Positions 9,050-19,577 of a stretch of DNA of 64,000 nt are shown one piece after another. Under the pieces are notes generated by a model. That model saw only the letters and a program-made list of their open reading frames with translations. It had not been told where the DNA came from and did not search any database. A program made the translations under genes and the position numbers. This DNA comes from an uncultured Methanosarcinaceae archaeon (GTDB taxonomy: Archaea > Halobacteriota > Methanosarcinia > Methanosarcinales > Methanosarcinaceae): positions 1 to 64,000 of the forward strand of contig CAWHXP010000004.1 of the NCBI GenBank assembly GCA_963833425.1, given 5' to 3'. Position 1 is the first letter of the stretch; every line of letters starts with the position of its first letter.

Positions 9050-9290
9050 ATGATCCATGAATGCACTATTGCATAAATCCAAAAATAAAACGTTTGAATG
9101 TAGAGTGTAGTTATGCATCTAAAAGCAAAAAAATTATTAAAGATCTCTTCGATAAATAGTAAGTCTTACCCACAACTTACAAGATCTATTTTTTTTGTGC
9201 ATCACTAATGCTCATAACACTTCATTTATTCATTACTGCTGGCTTCTCTAGGGTATCACTGTGGTATCAGAAGCTGCAGAATCTCAAGGA
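9050..9290 (+). repeat. ~250-bp dispersed repeat, copy 1
   Basis: Shares ATCCAAAAATAAAA, AAAGATCTCTTCGAT, TCTTACCCACAACT and GCTGCAGAATCTCAAGGA with 17121-17379. Confidence 0.8.
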
Positions 9291-9371
9291 AGCAGATTTT
9301 ACATAACTTTTGGGACGCTGCTTTATAGAAAACTGGGCATGTCTCATTTTGAAAATATCACCGGTGATAAT

Positions 9372-10037
9372 ATGAATGAAAATTTTGATGATTTTAATCT
9401 AGAATTATATCATAAATATATCACAGAGAGTTATGCCAGACATTTAAAAGAGATCCCTGATAATAGTACTCTTTTTTATATTTATGGGCAATGTGGTAAA
9501 GTTTATGATGAGATATTCAATCTAAACATTGATTATGATCTTTGGAAGAATCAAAATGAATTTGACCATACATTAGTCTATCTAATAGCTGGGTGGGTCA
9601 AAGATAATGTTAAAAATGATAGTTTAACCCATCTCAGCCAAAAACAAATAGCAGAAGGGATCACTGGACAAATTTTGTCGTTTATTCAATGCGATAAAGT
9701 TACTCAAATGAAATACAATGAACGTATCAAAATGATTTATGCAACATATTTATCTGAAATTCCTAGAAATAGTGATGTCTCTTATATTTATAGTCTATCT
9801 GGTAAAATTTATGATGAAATAACTAACCTTAATGTGCAGGTTGATCTTTGGGACAGAACCAGCCGTTTTGACCCTACGCTAGTTTATTTAATAGCTGGCT
9901 GGGTTAAAGATAATATCAAAAATAGAAATTTAACTAATCTTAGCCAAAAACAAATAGCAGAAGGTATCACTAATCAACTCTTTTCTTGGCTTGAATTTGA
10001 AGAAGAATCATCCACTAATCCTGATTATGATAATTAA
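9372..10037 (+). CDS. hypothetical protein with a tandemly duplicated ~95-aa domain
   Basis: Two copies of GK.YDEI.NLN...DLW...FD.TLVYLIAGWVKDN.KN..LT.LSQKQIAEGIT; GGTGA RBS before ATG 9372. Confidence 0.8.
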   Translation: MNENFDDFNLELYHKYITESYARHLKEIPDNSTLFYIYGQCGKVYDEIFNLNIDYDLWKNQNEFDHTLVYLIAGWVKDNVKNDSLTHLSQKQIAEGITGQILSFIQCDKVTQMKYNERIKMIYATYLSEIPRNSDVSYIYSLSGKIYDEITNLNVQVDLWDRTSRFDPTLVYLIAGWVKDNIKNRNLTNLSQKQIAEGITNQLFSWLEFEEESSTNPDYDN

Positions 10038-10073
10038 ATTGTTATGCGAAGTAATCAATTAGTAGTGGAACAG

Positions 10074-10193
10074 GGTTCTGTTGCAAAAATAATATTTTCG
10101 CAGTTTGATACTAGAATTCATACATTCAACTTACCTAATTATGAATATTTAAACTAATTTTATAACCGAGCCAGATTTTTTTGTGCCAGAACC
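10074..10193. mobile_element. IS6-type MITE (120 bp)
   Basis: GGTTCTGTTGCAAAAA ... TTTTTTGTGCCAGAACC imperfect TIRs; no ORF. Confidence 0.7.
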
Positions 10194-10226
10194 ATTCTTA
10201 AGTATTTTTTCTGTATAGGTCATTAT

Positions 10227-10991
10227 CTATGAGTCCCCATACTCATTAAATGCTGTCCTGTAGCTTGTGAGAATGCTAAGGGTTACACTTAGAAGAGTTG
10301 AGACATAAATTGCTATCATGATGGTAATTTGATACTTGATTGCAACTAGTGGACTTGCTCCTCCAAGAATCTGTCCTGTCATCATCCCAGGCAAAGCGAC
10401 AATACCTATGGATGCAATATTTGCCAAGGTAGGCTTTACTGCAGCTTTAAGGCTTTTTCGCAAGTATGGGAGAGCAGCTTCGTACAGACCTGCTCCAAGA
10501 GAGAGGCTATAAAGATAACGATTTTCGTTTCGCTTAATCTCTTTATAAAAGTCACCTATTCCTACTACATTCCCACTAAGTGTATTTCCTAGCAACATAC
10601 CTGCTATAGGGATCAGGTAGCGCGCATCAAAAAGGTTCTCCAGATCGATCACGAATTTATTGATATATAATAGAACTTCCAGATTTGAAAAGGCAATGGC
10701 CAAAATAATCGGTATAAAGAGTTTTTTTAAATTCAGCTCAGCACTTTTTATTGCAGTATAAGACGCAAAAAAAATCATTAATCCTACCCAAGCAAGGTTC
10801 AAAAGTTTATTATTCAGGTTAAAAATAAAATTTAGAAACAGACCTGCAAAGAAGAGCTGGACTGACATCCTGAAAACAGCTTCAAGAGTACTTTTTTCGA
10901 GTTCAAGCCGAATTTCCCGACTTATAATAATTGGGATTGCGAGTAAGAATAAACAGAAAATTAACGAGATATAACTTATATCAGTCGGCAT
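10227..10991 (-). CDS. ABC transporter permease, FetB/YbbM (UPF0014) family
   Basis: RYLIPIAGMLLGN, GIVALPGMMTGQILGGASPLVAIKYQI. Confidence 0.88.
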   Translation of the reverse strand: MPTDISYISLIFCLFLLAIPIIISREIRLELEKSTLEAVFRMSVQLFFAGLFLNFIFNLNNKLLNLAWVGLMIFFASYTAIKSAELNLKKLFIPIILAIAFSNLEVLLYINKFVIDLENLFDARYLIPIAGMLLGNTLSGNVVGIGDFYKEIKRNENRYLYSLSLGAGLYEAALPYLRKSLKAAVKPTLANIASIGIVALPGMMTGQILGGASPLVAIKYQITIMIAIYVSTLLSVTLSILTSYRTAFNEYGDS

Positions 10992-10993
10992 TT

Positions 10994-11689
10994 TTAGTCT
11001 TCTTGAAATTTGTGTTTCTCTTTTTTTGTTTGATAATTGATTTCGGAAGTTTTCAAAGACCTGTTTTCAAAATTTATTATTTTTATCCAGTTGCGCTCCC
11101 ATTCCCTATCGTGGGAGATGACCAGAAGTGTCAAGTCTTCCCGAGCAAGAAAATAATCTGTGACTTTCTTTTTTAAATCCATATCAAAGGCAGAAGTGAT
11201 TTCGTCGAGCAGGTATATGTTCCTATTTAGGAGTAATGAAATAAGGATTCCTATTCTCTGTTTTTCTCCACCCGAAAGCTCTTGAAAATGCTGGTTAAGA
11301 ATACTGCCTTCCAGTTCAAGTTCCTGCATGAAAATCCGCAATTTTTCGTGGTCAAGTTTTTCTTTATTTATTTTGTAAGAAAAGATATCATTTAACAAAT
11401 TTTTTACCTTACCTTCCCCAAGGTCTGTATCCTGTGATACATAAGATATCCTCTTTCTGGTTTCCCAGCATGTTTTTGAGTCAATTTTCTGATCCTGAAA
11501 ATAGAGAGCGCCTTCAGTAGGTCTTATAAAGCCAAGCAGCATCTTAAAAAGAGTTGTCTTCCCAACTCCAGATTTTCCTCGCAAGAGAACTTTTTGATTT
11601 TTCTTTATGCTTAGATTGAAACCTGAAAGGATTTTTTTATTTTCAAATGAAATTCCTATATTTTCATATTTTATCAATTCGCTATTCAT
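10994..11689 (-). CDS. ABC transporter ATP-binding protein (FetA-like)
   Basis: GKSGVGKT, LSGGEKQR, LLDE, ISHD. Confidence 0.9.
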   Translation of the reverse strand: MNSELIKYENIGISFENKKILSGFNLSIKKNQKVLLRGKSGVGKTTLFKMLLGFIRPTEGALYFQDQKIDSKTCWETRKRISYVSQDTDLGEGKVKNLLNDIFSYKINKEKLDHEKLRIFMQELELEGSILNQHFQELSGGEKQRIGILISLLLNRNIYLLDEITSAFDMDLKKKVTDYFLAREDLTLLVISHDREWERNWIKIINFENRSLKTSEINYQTKKEKHKFQED

Positions 11690-11804
11690 TATGATCGTAT
11701 TATAATCCTACCTTCTGTACTCATACTTGTTTCGTTGCAAGAATATCAAAATAAATTCAAATTTGTCTTTTCATCCATGCATAGTTTCTATGATTGAACA
11801 TATG

Positions 11805-12659
11805 GGTTCCGTTGCAAAAAATCCTTTCTACTGATACAATAGAATAAAAAGAAAACCAAAGATAGTAATATGCTATCTAATTCCTTTAAATGGAAGCATT
11901 ATGAAGGGGAAATTATCCTATTAAATGTAAGATGGTACTTAAAATATGCATTAAGTTATAGAAATTTAAAGGAAATGATGGCGGAAAGTGAAGTAAAAGT
12001 CGACCATACAACAATCATGAGATGGGTACATCAATATTCCCCTGAAATAGAAAAGAAGATAAGAAGACATTTGAGACCAACAAATGATTCGTGGAAAATT
12101 GATGAAACCTATATCAAAGTAAAAGGTAAATGGAAATATTTTTACCGAGCAGTTGACTCAAATGGAGATACAATTGATTTCATGTTAAGTTCAAAACGGG
12201 ATAGAAAAGCAGCAAAGAGATTCTTTAAGAAAGCTTTAAGTTCTAATCACAATCAAATTCCAAGAGTAATAACTGTTGATAAGAACCCAGCTTATTCACC
12301 TGCTATAGATAAACTGAAAAATGATAAAATACTACCTAAAAACGTAGGCATTCGACAAATCAAGTATTTGAATAACATTATAGAACAAGATCACAGATCT
12401 ATAAAGCGAATCGTTAATCCAATGTTAGGATTTCAGTCTTTTCGATCTGCTAATAAGACTTTAAAAGGAATTGAAGCTATGAATATGATCAAAAAAGGAC
12501 AAGTAGATGATCTAAATTACTCTATTTTTAATGAAGTCAAATACATTAATCAATTGTTTGGTATAGTTTTATAATGTTAGTACATTTTTCTTGAATATTT
12601 TGATTTTTATTCGTTACTTATAGATTTACATATTTTTTTGAATTTTTTGCAACGGAATC
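11805..12659 (+). mobile_element. IS6-family insertion sequence
   Basis: TIRs GGTTCCGTTGCAAAAA / TTTTTGCAACGGAATC flanking a transposase. Confidence 0.92.
11870..12574 (+). CDS. IS6-family DDE transposase
   Basis: FKWKHY, WKIDETYIKVKGKW, TVDK, YLNNIIEQDHR. Confidence 0.95.
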   Translation: MLSNSFKWKHYEGEIILLNVRWYLKYALSYRNLKEMMAESEVKVDHTTIMRWVHQYSPEIEKKIRRHLRPTNDSWKIDETYIKVKGKWKYFYRAVDSNGDTIDFMLSSKRDRKAAKRFFKKALSSNHNQIPRVITVDKNPAYSPAIDKLKNDKILPKNVGIRQIKYLNNIIEQDHRSIKRIVNPMLGFQSFRSANKTLKGIEAMNMIKKGQVDDLNYSIFNEVKYINQLFGIVL

Positions 12660-12772
12660 TAAATGAGATGCTTGTAAGCACGCTGCTAATGTTCAAACGC
12701 TAACACGGAAACAAAGATAAGTAAAGCGTGAATGATTATATAAAAATAGGAAAGAATAAGCTGTATGGAATT

Positions 12773-12988
12773 TTAGGTATTGTTTAATGTCTTAATGTAA
12801 AGCATTATGAACGTTTCTGCATCCTCACACTCATCCGAATTTTGCATTAAAGTAAGTATATCATTTGCTGTTTTGTGTTCAAATGCTTCTTTTGTTGCCT
12901 CTGTTACTTTTTCCATTGCAACAGTAGGCTCTGTTTTCCTGATTATCTGCTCTTTACTTCTTGATTTTAGTGTATCATCATTGCTCAT
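12773..12988 (-). CDS. small hypothetical protein
   Basis: 71 aa; AAGGAG RBS upstream; lies downstream of RNA copy B. Confidence 0.55.
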   Translation of the reverse strand: MSNDDTLKSRSKEQIIRKTEPTVAMEKVTEATKEAFEHKTANDILTLMQNSDECEDAETFIMLYIKTLNNT

Positions 12989-13165
12989 TTCTTTTTCTCC
13001 CTTTTATTTTCTTAGGATACTTTTTCCCCGTCTCAAATTTCACCTTTTGGCTTGAAGGGCATCTGGAAAATTAAAGAGAAGTAAAAATAGTCTGGATATG
13101 TAAAACGTCAGAATTCACTTTTTCTTTACTATTAATTGATGTGAGATTATTGATTTTTTAAGTCT

Positions 13166-13301
13166 AAAAGTTGATCTTATGAGCTGCAGGTGACGAGATC
13201 CCTGCAGCCAGCCGGAAAGTTTACTGCAAGGCACGGGAATACCTCAAAATTATAACTAGATTTCATTTGATATATATTTTTTGTATATATTCTAAATAGT
13301 A
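13166..13301 (-). ncRNA. candidate promoter + ~80-nt hairpin RNA, copy B
   Basis: Stem GCTGCAGG/CCTGCAGC (13183-13208), then AAGATCAACTTTT. Confidence 0.5.
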
Positions 13302-13739
13302 CTACCTTACACTAATTAGTATGGGGATTCTTTGGTTCTGATATCATGATTAGTATTTAAAATCGTTTTGTAGTGCAATTTACAATTACCTTCCCGATTA
13401 TTTTAAATTAATTATACAAAAAATAGTTTAAAAACAAAAAATAATCTCGCATCAGATTTTTCACAACCAAGAAACAATTAAATATTAATAATGATTTTTT
13501 ATTATTTAAGAAATCTTAGTTCGATTGGATAATTATTTTCAAAATACACAAAATAGCAGAGAACTAAATTTTTAACCAGTAAGTAAAATTTGACATTTTA
13601 TAAATCAATTTTTTTCATTTGATAAAATAGTGATTAATATAATATTGATACATAGTTTTTGCTGTAAAGCATATGCATTAATTATCAAATAGTCAAAAAA
13701 AAAATGATGAGCCAGTTTGGAAAGTTTATTGATATCCGC

Positions 13740-14453
13740 TCATTCGTTAGGTTCTTCAAAAAGGATAGAGTACGTCTCTTTTAATGGTATGAGAAGTTTT
13801 TCGTCTAATTTAGTGTCATAAAGTGTTTTCACTTTAGAAAGTTGTTCAAATGTTAAATAGTGAGCTTCTATTAATTTAGCTCCTTCAAGGTCAGCTCCTT
13901 CGAAGTTAGCTCCTTCAAGGTTTGTCCACCTAAGGTTAGCATCTTCAAGATTAACCCTTATAAGATTAGCCCATTCAATATTAGCTCCTGTAAGGTTAGT
14001 CATTGCCATATAAGACTCTAAAAGATTAGCCCCTCTAAGTATAGCCCAATTAAGATCAGCTCCTTCAAAGTTAACTCCTCTTAGATTAGCTCCTTCAAGG
14101 TTAGCTTCTCTTAGATTAGCTCCTTTAAGGTTAGCTCCATCAAGATCAGCTCCACTAAGATTAACTCCTCTAAGATCACTTTCTATAAGATTAGCTTCTC
14201 TAAGGTCAGCTTCTTGAAGATTAGCTCTTCTAAGGTTAGTCCATTTAAGGTTAGCTTCTCTAAAATTAGCTCCCTCAAGGTTAGCTCCTTCAAGGTTAGC
14301 TCCTCTGAGATTAACCCCTTCAAAGCAGGACTTTTTTAAGTTGGCCTTTATAAAGTCAACTCCTATAAGATTAACTTTCTTAAAGTTACTCTTGTTACGG
14401 TTAACTTTTGTAAAGTTAGCCTCATTTATGTTAATTTCCACAATTTCCTGCAT
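13740..14453 (-). CDS. pentapeptide-repeat protein
   Basis: Dozens of A(N/D)L(E/R)(G/E) repeats; C-terminal QLSKVKTLY..KLD; AGGAG RBS before MQEIV. Confidence 0.9.
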   Translation of the reverse strand: MQEIVEININEANFTKVNRNKSNFKKVNLIGVDFIKANLKKSCFEGVNLRGANLEGANLEGANFREANLKWTNLRRANLQEADLREANLIESDLRGVNLSGADLDGANLKGANLREANLEGANLRGVNFEGADLNWAILRGANLLESYMAMTNLTGANIEWANLIRVNLEDANLRWTNLEGANFEGADLEGAKLIEAHYLTFEQLSKVKTLYDTKLDEKLLIPLKETYSILFEEPNE

Positions 14454-15170
14454 ATCATAACTCCTTTCCTTTTTCACTAAATATTGTTTTCTGGTATTAA
14501 CTACAAATTACAAGAACGGTTATTTACACAATTATAAATATACTGACATGTTAATATATTTTTTGCATATATACTATATAGTAAAAACAAAAAAGTATAT
14601 TAAGTATGAATCTATCTATGAACTGAAAATTAGAAAAGATGTCTCTAACGATTAGAAGATAATAAAAATGTTTATACGAAATTTAAAGTATTCATAGGAC
14701 TATCAGAATTCCAAAAAGTTGATGGTTAAATGATCCCATGTATGAAGAACCTAATAATATACAGTATGCTAAAATTTAACTTTGGATTTACAGCGAATAA
14801 CGACACTACCAACTTTAACTGGGAAATAAATAGCATTAAACATCAAACTGTGTAAATAGTGAAATTGACAATATAATTCGCTGAACTTGTTTTTATACTC
14901 AGGGGTGTAAATCCTAACAACTTTTAACTTTTTACCTGCTGTTTAATTATTCGTTTAGTTTTTTAGGAGATAACTTTAATGTTATTTAAAATGTACAAAA
15001 TGCATGTTCTTTTTTACTCTTACTAAATACTTTATGAGAATATATACATATATTGAGCATATTGAGTAAACTTATATATAATTATATAGGAGATTATAAT
15101 AATATTTATATCGATCTAATTATTAATATATTTATACTGTACAGTAATTATTATAAGGAGTAAATGTAAC

Positions 15171-16041
15171 ATGGTAAAAAAATTTACAAATCAAACGATC
15201 TTCATATTACTAGCTATTGGACTTGTAGTTTTAGGAATTGGGTGTAGTGTAGCGGCTGCTGAGCAGAAAGCTACTTCATCTCAAGCACATAGCATTTCGG
15301 TGAAAGGTTCTGATAGCGTTCTGACTCTTGCACAGGCTGAAGCTGAAGAATTTATTAAAGAAAACCCCGGGAAAAGTGTCTCAGTTACTGGGGACGGATC
15401 TGGCATTGGAATTGCAGCTCTTATTGACGGGCAGGTAAACGTTGCTACTGCATCCAGAGAGATGGAAAAAGATGAAATCAAAAAAGCTAACGCAAATGGA
15501 ATCAACTCAGTAAAGTATATAATTGCTTATTACGGCATTACAGTGATTGTAAATCCCAAAAATCCTATTTCTAAACTTACCTTTGATCAGCTTCGAGGTA
15601 TCTATGATGGAAGTATCAGTAACTGTAAGCAAGTTGGTGGTGAGGATAAACCAATTGCCATAATTTTTAGGGACAGCAGTTCTGGCACTCATGCAGACTT
15701 CAAGAAAGATATTGGATTTGAAGAATACCGACCTGATGCGCTTACCCAACCTACTACGGGAGGAATAGTCAGTGAAGTAACTCAAAACCCCAATGCAATC
15801 GGGTACATTGGCTTCGCATAGTCAATAAAGACATAAAGGTGTTAAGCTGGATAACGGAAAAGACTCTGTATTGCCGACTCCTAAAGCCATTCTAAGTGGT
15901 GAATACCCAATCTCTAGAACACTCCAGATCTATACGAATGGGGAATCATCAGGACTTACAAAAGAATTCTGCGATTTTATGTTGAGCCAAAAAGGGCAGA
16001 GAATTGTGAGTAAAGTTGGGTACATCCCGCTGAAGGAGTAA
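15171..16041 (+). pseudogene. pstS: phosphate ABC transporter substrate-binding protein, frameshifted
   Basis: KGSDSV, GSGIGIAALIDG, RDSSSGT, NAIGYIG; C-terminus (YPISRTL...VGYIPLKE*) continues after two frameshifts at ~15820-15846; no pstCAB follows. Confidence 0.85.
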
Positions 16042-16188
16042 AAAATAAAAAATTTCATCTTTCTCAGACATTATGCAGGGAAATATAATAAAAACAAAAG
16101 TTGCTAAGTCTGTCAGCAGAATGAGTTAAACAATTAGGGAAAATAAGCTTTAGGGCACTGGTTGATCATCTCACTGACTATATAAGCA

Positions 16189-16325
16189 ATATTTTATTGT
16201 TGTTAACTTCATTTTGATAGTTGGGATCTCAATGTATAATCTAAAAGAGTTGGGCATCTAATTTCCAGGGAGATAATGATATTCCTTAAGGTAATCTATG
16301 TTTCCCTATTTCTTTTTTGAATATT
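16189..16325. repeat. ~135-bp dispersed repeat, copy 1 (copy 2 at ~20095-20230)
   Basis: Shared core ATGATATTCCTTAAGG and collinear flanks. Confidence 0.7.
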
Positions 16326-16627
16326 TTACAGTACTTTTGAGTTCTTTGATTCGTTTATTTGGTGAGAATGCCCTACGTATCATTTCTGAATAGGATTCTG
16401 GGGATATGTGATGAGAATAGATTAAATTAAGTTCTAGCTTTGCAACAAACAAAATAAAATAATGTTTAGTTATATAAAAATTAAATTTTATAATCTTATA
16501 AGAAGATTTAGTTGGAGAGATGAATTGGATCACAAAAAATTAGTGAATATTGATTTGTTTGTGTAATCCTTTTAGCAGGATCGTTTGCTGTAGGAACTAA
16601 TTTATTATCTGATGATTAATACATTAT

Positions 16628-16850
16628 TTTTGTATAAAAATCTATGAATTTTTCCAGTTCCTTCTAAATAAGAAAAATTGCTGATCTATTACTCATAGAG
16701 CATATGGGACTCATAGAACATGTGGAACTTGTGGAACACCTGGAATTAATTGACCTAAATCGTTATCATAAATAGAAATATAATAAAAATAATTATTAAG
16801 TACTTTAAACAGAACTAAAACTATGAATAAACTGAATCTCGAACTTGATT
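16628..16850 (+). repeat. 9-bp-unit array module with downstream TATGAATAAACTGAATC block
   Basis: Six units at 16692-16745; tail shared with 18637-18775. Confidence 0.75.
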
Positions 16851-17120
16851 TTTTGGTACCATAGTCTTATTTAAAAAGTTTCTAACAAATTTCATCATCA
16901 TTTAACTTTCTGTAAAAATGAGCTTCTTAATACGTTTTGCCATACTGTTTACTTTTTTATACATAGATATCAGTGGAATACAATCTTTCATCCCAAAAAG
17001 TTGCTGTAATAGTCCTTGGGATCGGAATTACGTATATGATATAGTATGTAGTTAAAAATATTACTATATATTATATATGCAAAAAATATATGATCTACTA
17101 CGTCCAATTAATACATATTG

Positions 17121-17379
17121 ATTCATAAATGCACGATTGCATAGATCCAAAAATAAAATGTTTGACTTTAGAAGTGTAATTATGTATCTAAAAGTAAATA
17201 AATTGTCAAAGATCTCTTCGATCAATATTGTATCTTACCCACAACTATAAGATCTATTTTTTTATACTTCACTGTTGTTCATAACCCTTCAGTTATTCAC
17301 TGCTTCTGTCTTGTTACGGCTTGAGTTCCATATTTCTAGGGTATCCGTGCAAAGTCAGATAGCTGCAGAATCTCAAGGA
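17121..17379 (+). repeat. ~250-bp dispersed repeat, copy 2
   Basis: Collinear with 9050-9290. Confidence 0.8.
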
Positions 17380-17751
17380 TCAAAAATGATATCAATCTTT
17401 CAAATAAGAGCGTGCCTTTAAATAAAATCAACTTTTACAATTGTATAATGAGCGAGCTTGACTTTAAATGCTGTACTGTACATTCTGTGTGTTTATTCAC
17501 AGTACTTTAAAAAAAACACAGTTACACACAGTGTAACAAATATATGGCAGGACAAAAACTTGACTTAGAATATTAATTAAATCGATGATTGAAGAATAAG
17601 ATTGTAAAAATAAAATATACCCATATTCAAAAATTTCCTTAATATTGGTAGCATCCACTATTGCAAACTTTAATTATTAATTAGAATTTGAATGATTATT
17701 CCTAATAACAAAACCAATTCTTTTATTACTAATGATCCCTACGTAAATATA

Positions 17752-18389
17752 TTATTCCGTAAAATTCTTGAAATTATTTAGGACATGAAGGATGGATAAT
17801 TGCTGATTTTCTTTAGAATATTCTATTAATTTTGAGACAAATTGCTGTGTAATTCTAATGATACTTTTATCGGCATATATTATTATAATATTAGCAGTTG
17901 GTTGGTATTCAGACCAGTTTTTGAGTACTTCTTTAAAGGCTTCAAAAAATTTAAATGCCGTATATTCAGCAGCAAAAGGCTTCATGAATACTTCTAATTG
18001 ATTATATAATTTACAATTAAAGTCTTTTTTCCCCACAACACCTTCTAAAGTCAATGGCTTTATTGAACCTTCTGGCAGTACCATATATATTTCATCATAA
18101 AAACGCTTACATTGATCTTGTCAATATTTTGACAAATTGTCTACCTTATCTGGCTGTAATATAATTTGAAAGCTGCTTTTATTAGAAATTTGCATTTTAC
18201 GAATCCCAAATCTTTGAATAAACAACTACAGTAAGTTATTAACCCTTGTCCAATAATTTCAAAAGCAGATATACTTCCTTTAACCTTATTAAATAATGAT
18301 AGACAACCTAGCTGTATCTTTTTCAGGAAATATGATTGCACATATATATATTTATATCTAGCGTATGAATACGAAATTTTTGTATACAT
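17752..18389 (-). pseudogene. fragmented hypothetical gene
   Basis: Two successive same-strand ORF pieces in different frames; no family recognised. Confidence 0.35.
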
Positions 18390-18636
18390 CTATGGCAAGA
18401 GCAAGCCATTTGCAAGTTTTCTTTCATATTATTTGAACGTTCTTGATAAAGGTCTGTTCAAGGAATTTCGCAGCATGTTGCATTAACAGCTCTGAGTAGA
18501 ATCTCAGATCAATGACTTCAATTGTATTCTCTGTGATTTCACAAATGCACCGTTTTTGTGATCAAATCTCTGAATTTCATAAGCTCCATCTGAAATAAGA
18601 AAATATTGTTGATATATGACACCTGGAGAGAGTGTG

Positions 18637-18775
18637 CTAATAGAGCATATGGAGCTCATGGAACATTTGGAACTAATTAACCTAAAAAACAACTATAAAT
18701 AAAAAATAAGAGAAAAAAACAATCACATAGTATTCAAAACTAGAAGTATGAATAAACTGAATCATAGACTAGTTA
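18637..18775 (+). repeat. 9-bp-unit array module, 5'-truncated
   Basis: CTAATAGAG CATATGGAG CTCATGGAA CATTTGGAA CTAATTAAC. Confidence 0.7.
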
Positions 18776-18929
18776 CCTGCTCAGTAAATAGCAAAAAAGA
18801 ATTATAATATATAGAAATATATTTAGTATATTTTGACACCAGTTAAGTATATAATTAATTAATTATTCTATGAAGTCTGATTGGTTTGTCAGAATTTGAT
18901 AATGCATTTGAAATAATGTGATAGAATAT

Positions 18930-19090
18930 AAAGGGCGGCGCCATAACTTGGACCACCACATGCCGGAAACTGCTACTGAAGCTACTTTTACCATTGCTGT
19001 GGATTACACTAACCACTGTAGCTGCCAATGAAATTAAACTAAGACTACTAACAGAATAATGATTGTCGTTTTAAATTTAATTTATTTTTT
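18930..19090 (-). pseudogene. remnant of a small secreted protein
   Basis: KTTIIILLVVLVLISLAATVVSV signal-like segment followed by a Ser/Gly-rich tail; no intact start. Confidence 0.4.
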
Positions 19091-19203
19091 TACATAATTA
19101 GATTATATAGCAACTTTTTGGCTTTTTAATGTAATAATGGCCTTGTTTGAGACCAACTTTTTTCTTATTATTAACTCATGTTGTACAGTTGATATTAAAT
19201 GTC

Positions 19204-19341
19204 AAAAAGTTGATCTTGTGAACTGCAGGTGATCAGATGCCTGCAGTCCGATAGAAGGGCTGGGTTGGAGCCACGGGAGAACCCATAAATTAGAACTAGA
19301 TTTAATTTATTATATAGTTATTGCATATATGTTATATAGTA
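19204..19341 (-). ncRNA. candidate promoter + ~80-nt hairpin RNA, copy C
   Basis: Stem ACTGCAGG/CCTGCAGT (19222-19247), compensatory versus copy B; AAGATCAACTTTTT. Confidence 0.5.
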
Positions 19342-19577
19342 CTTTCTTAAACTCCATGGTTCCTAGATTATGTCTACCTGATCGCATGAATTACAACTAA
19401 TGAAGCCTTTCTCCGTCAGTCAATTAAGGACTTCAAAACTAACATTAGAAATTTATCAATGAATATTTCATATTCAATATATTTATTCTGATAAAATTTT
19501 TTAACTAAATAATATATAATCAGTACCATATCTAAAAAACTAATTTAATTAAGACTTATGCATTGATCATATTATTG

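Noticed and set aside
15819..15821. Pyrrolysine read-through of the pstS TAG
   Set aside because: Read-through meets TAA four codons later; the homologous C-terminus is in other frames
18084..18143. Amber read-through joining ORFs 18141..18389 and 17752..18084
   Set aside because: The two ORFs are in different frames
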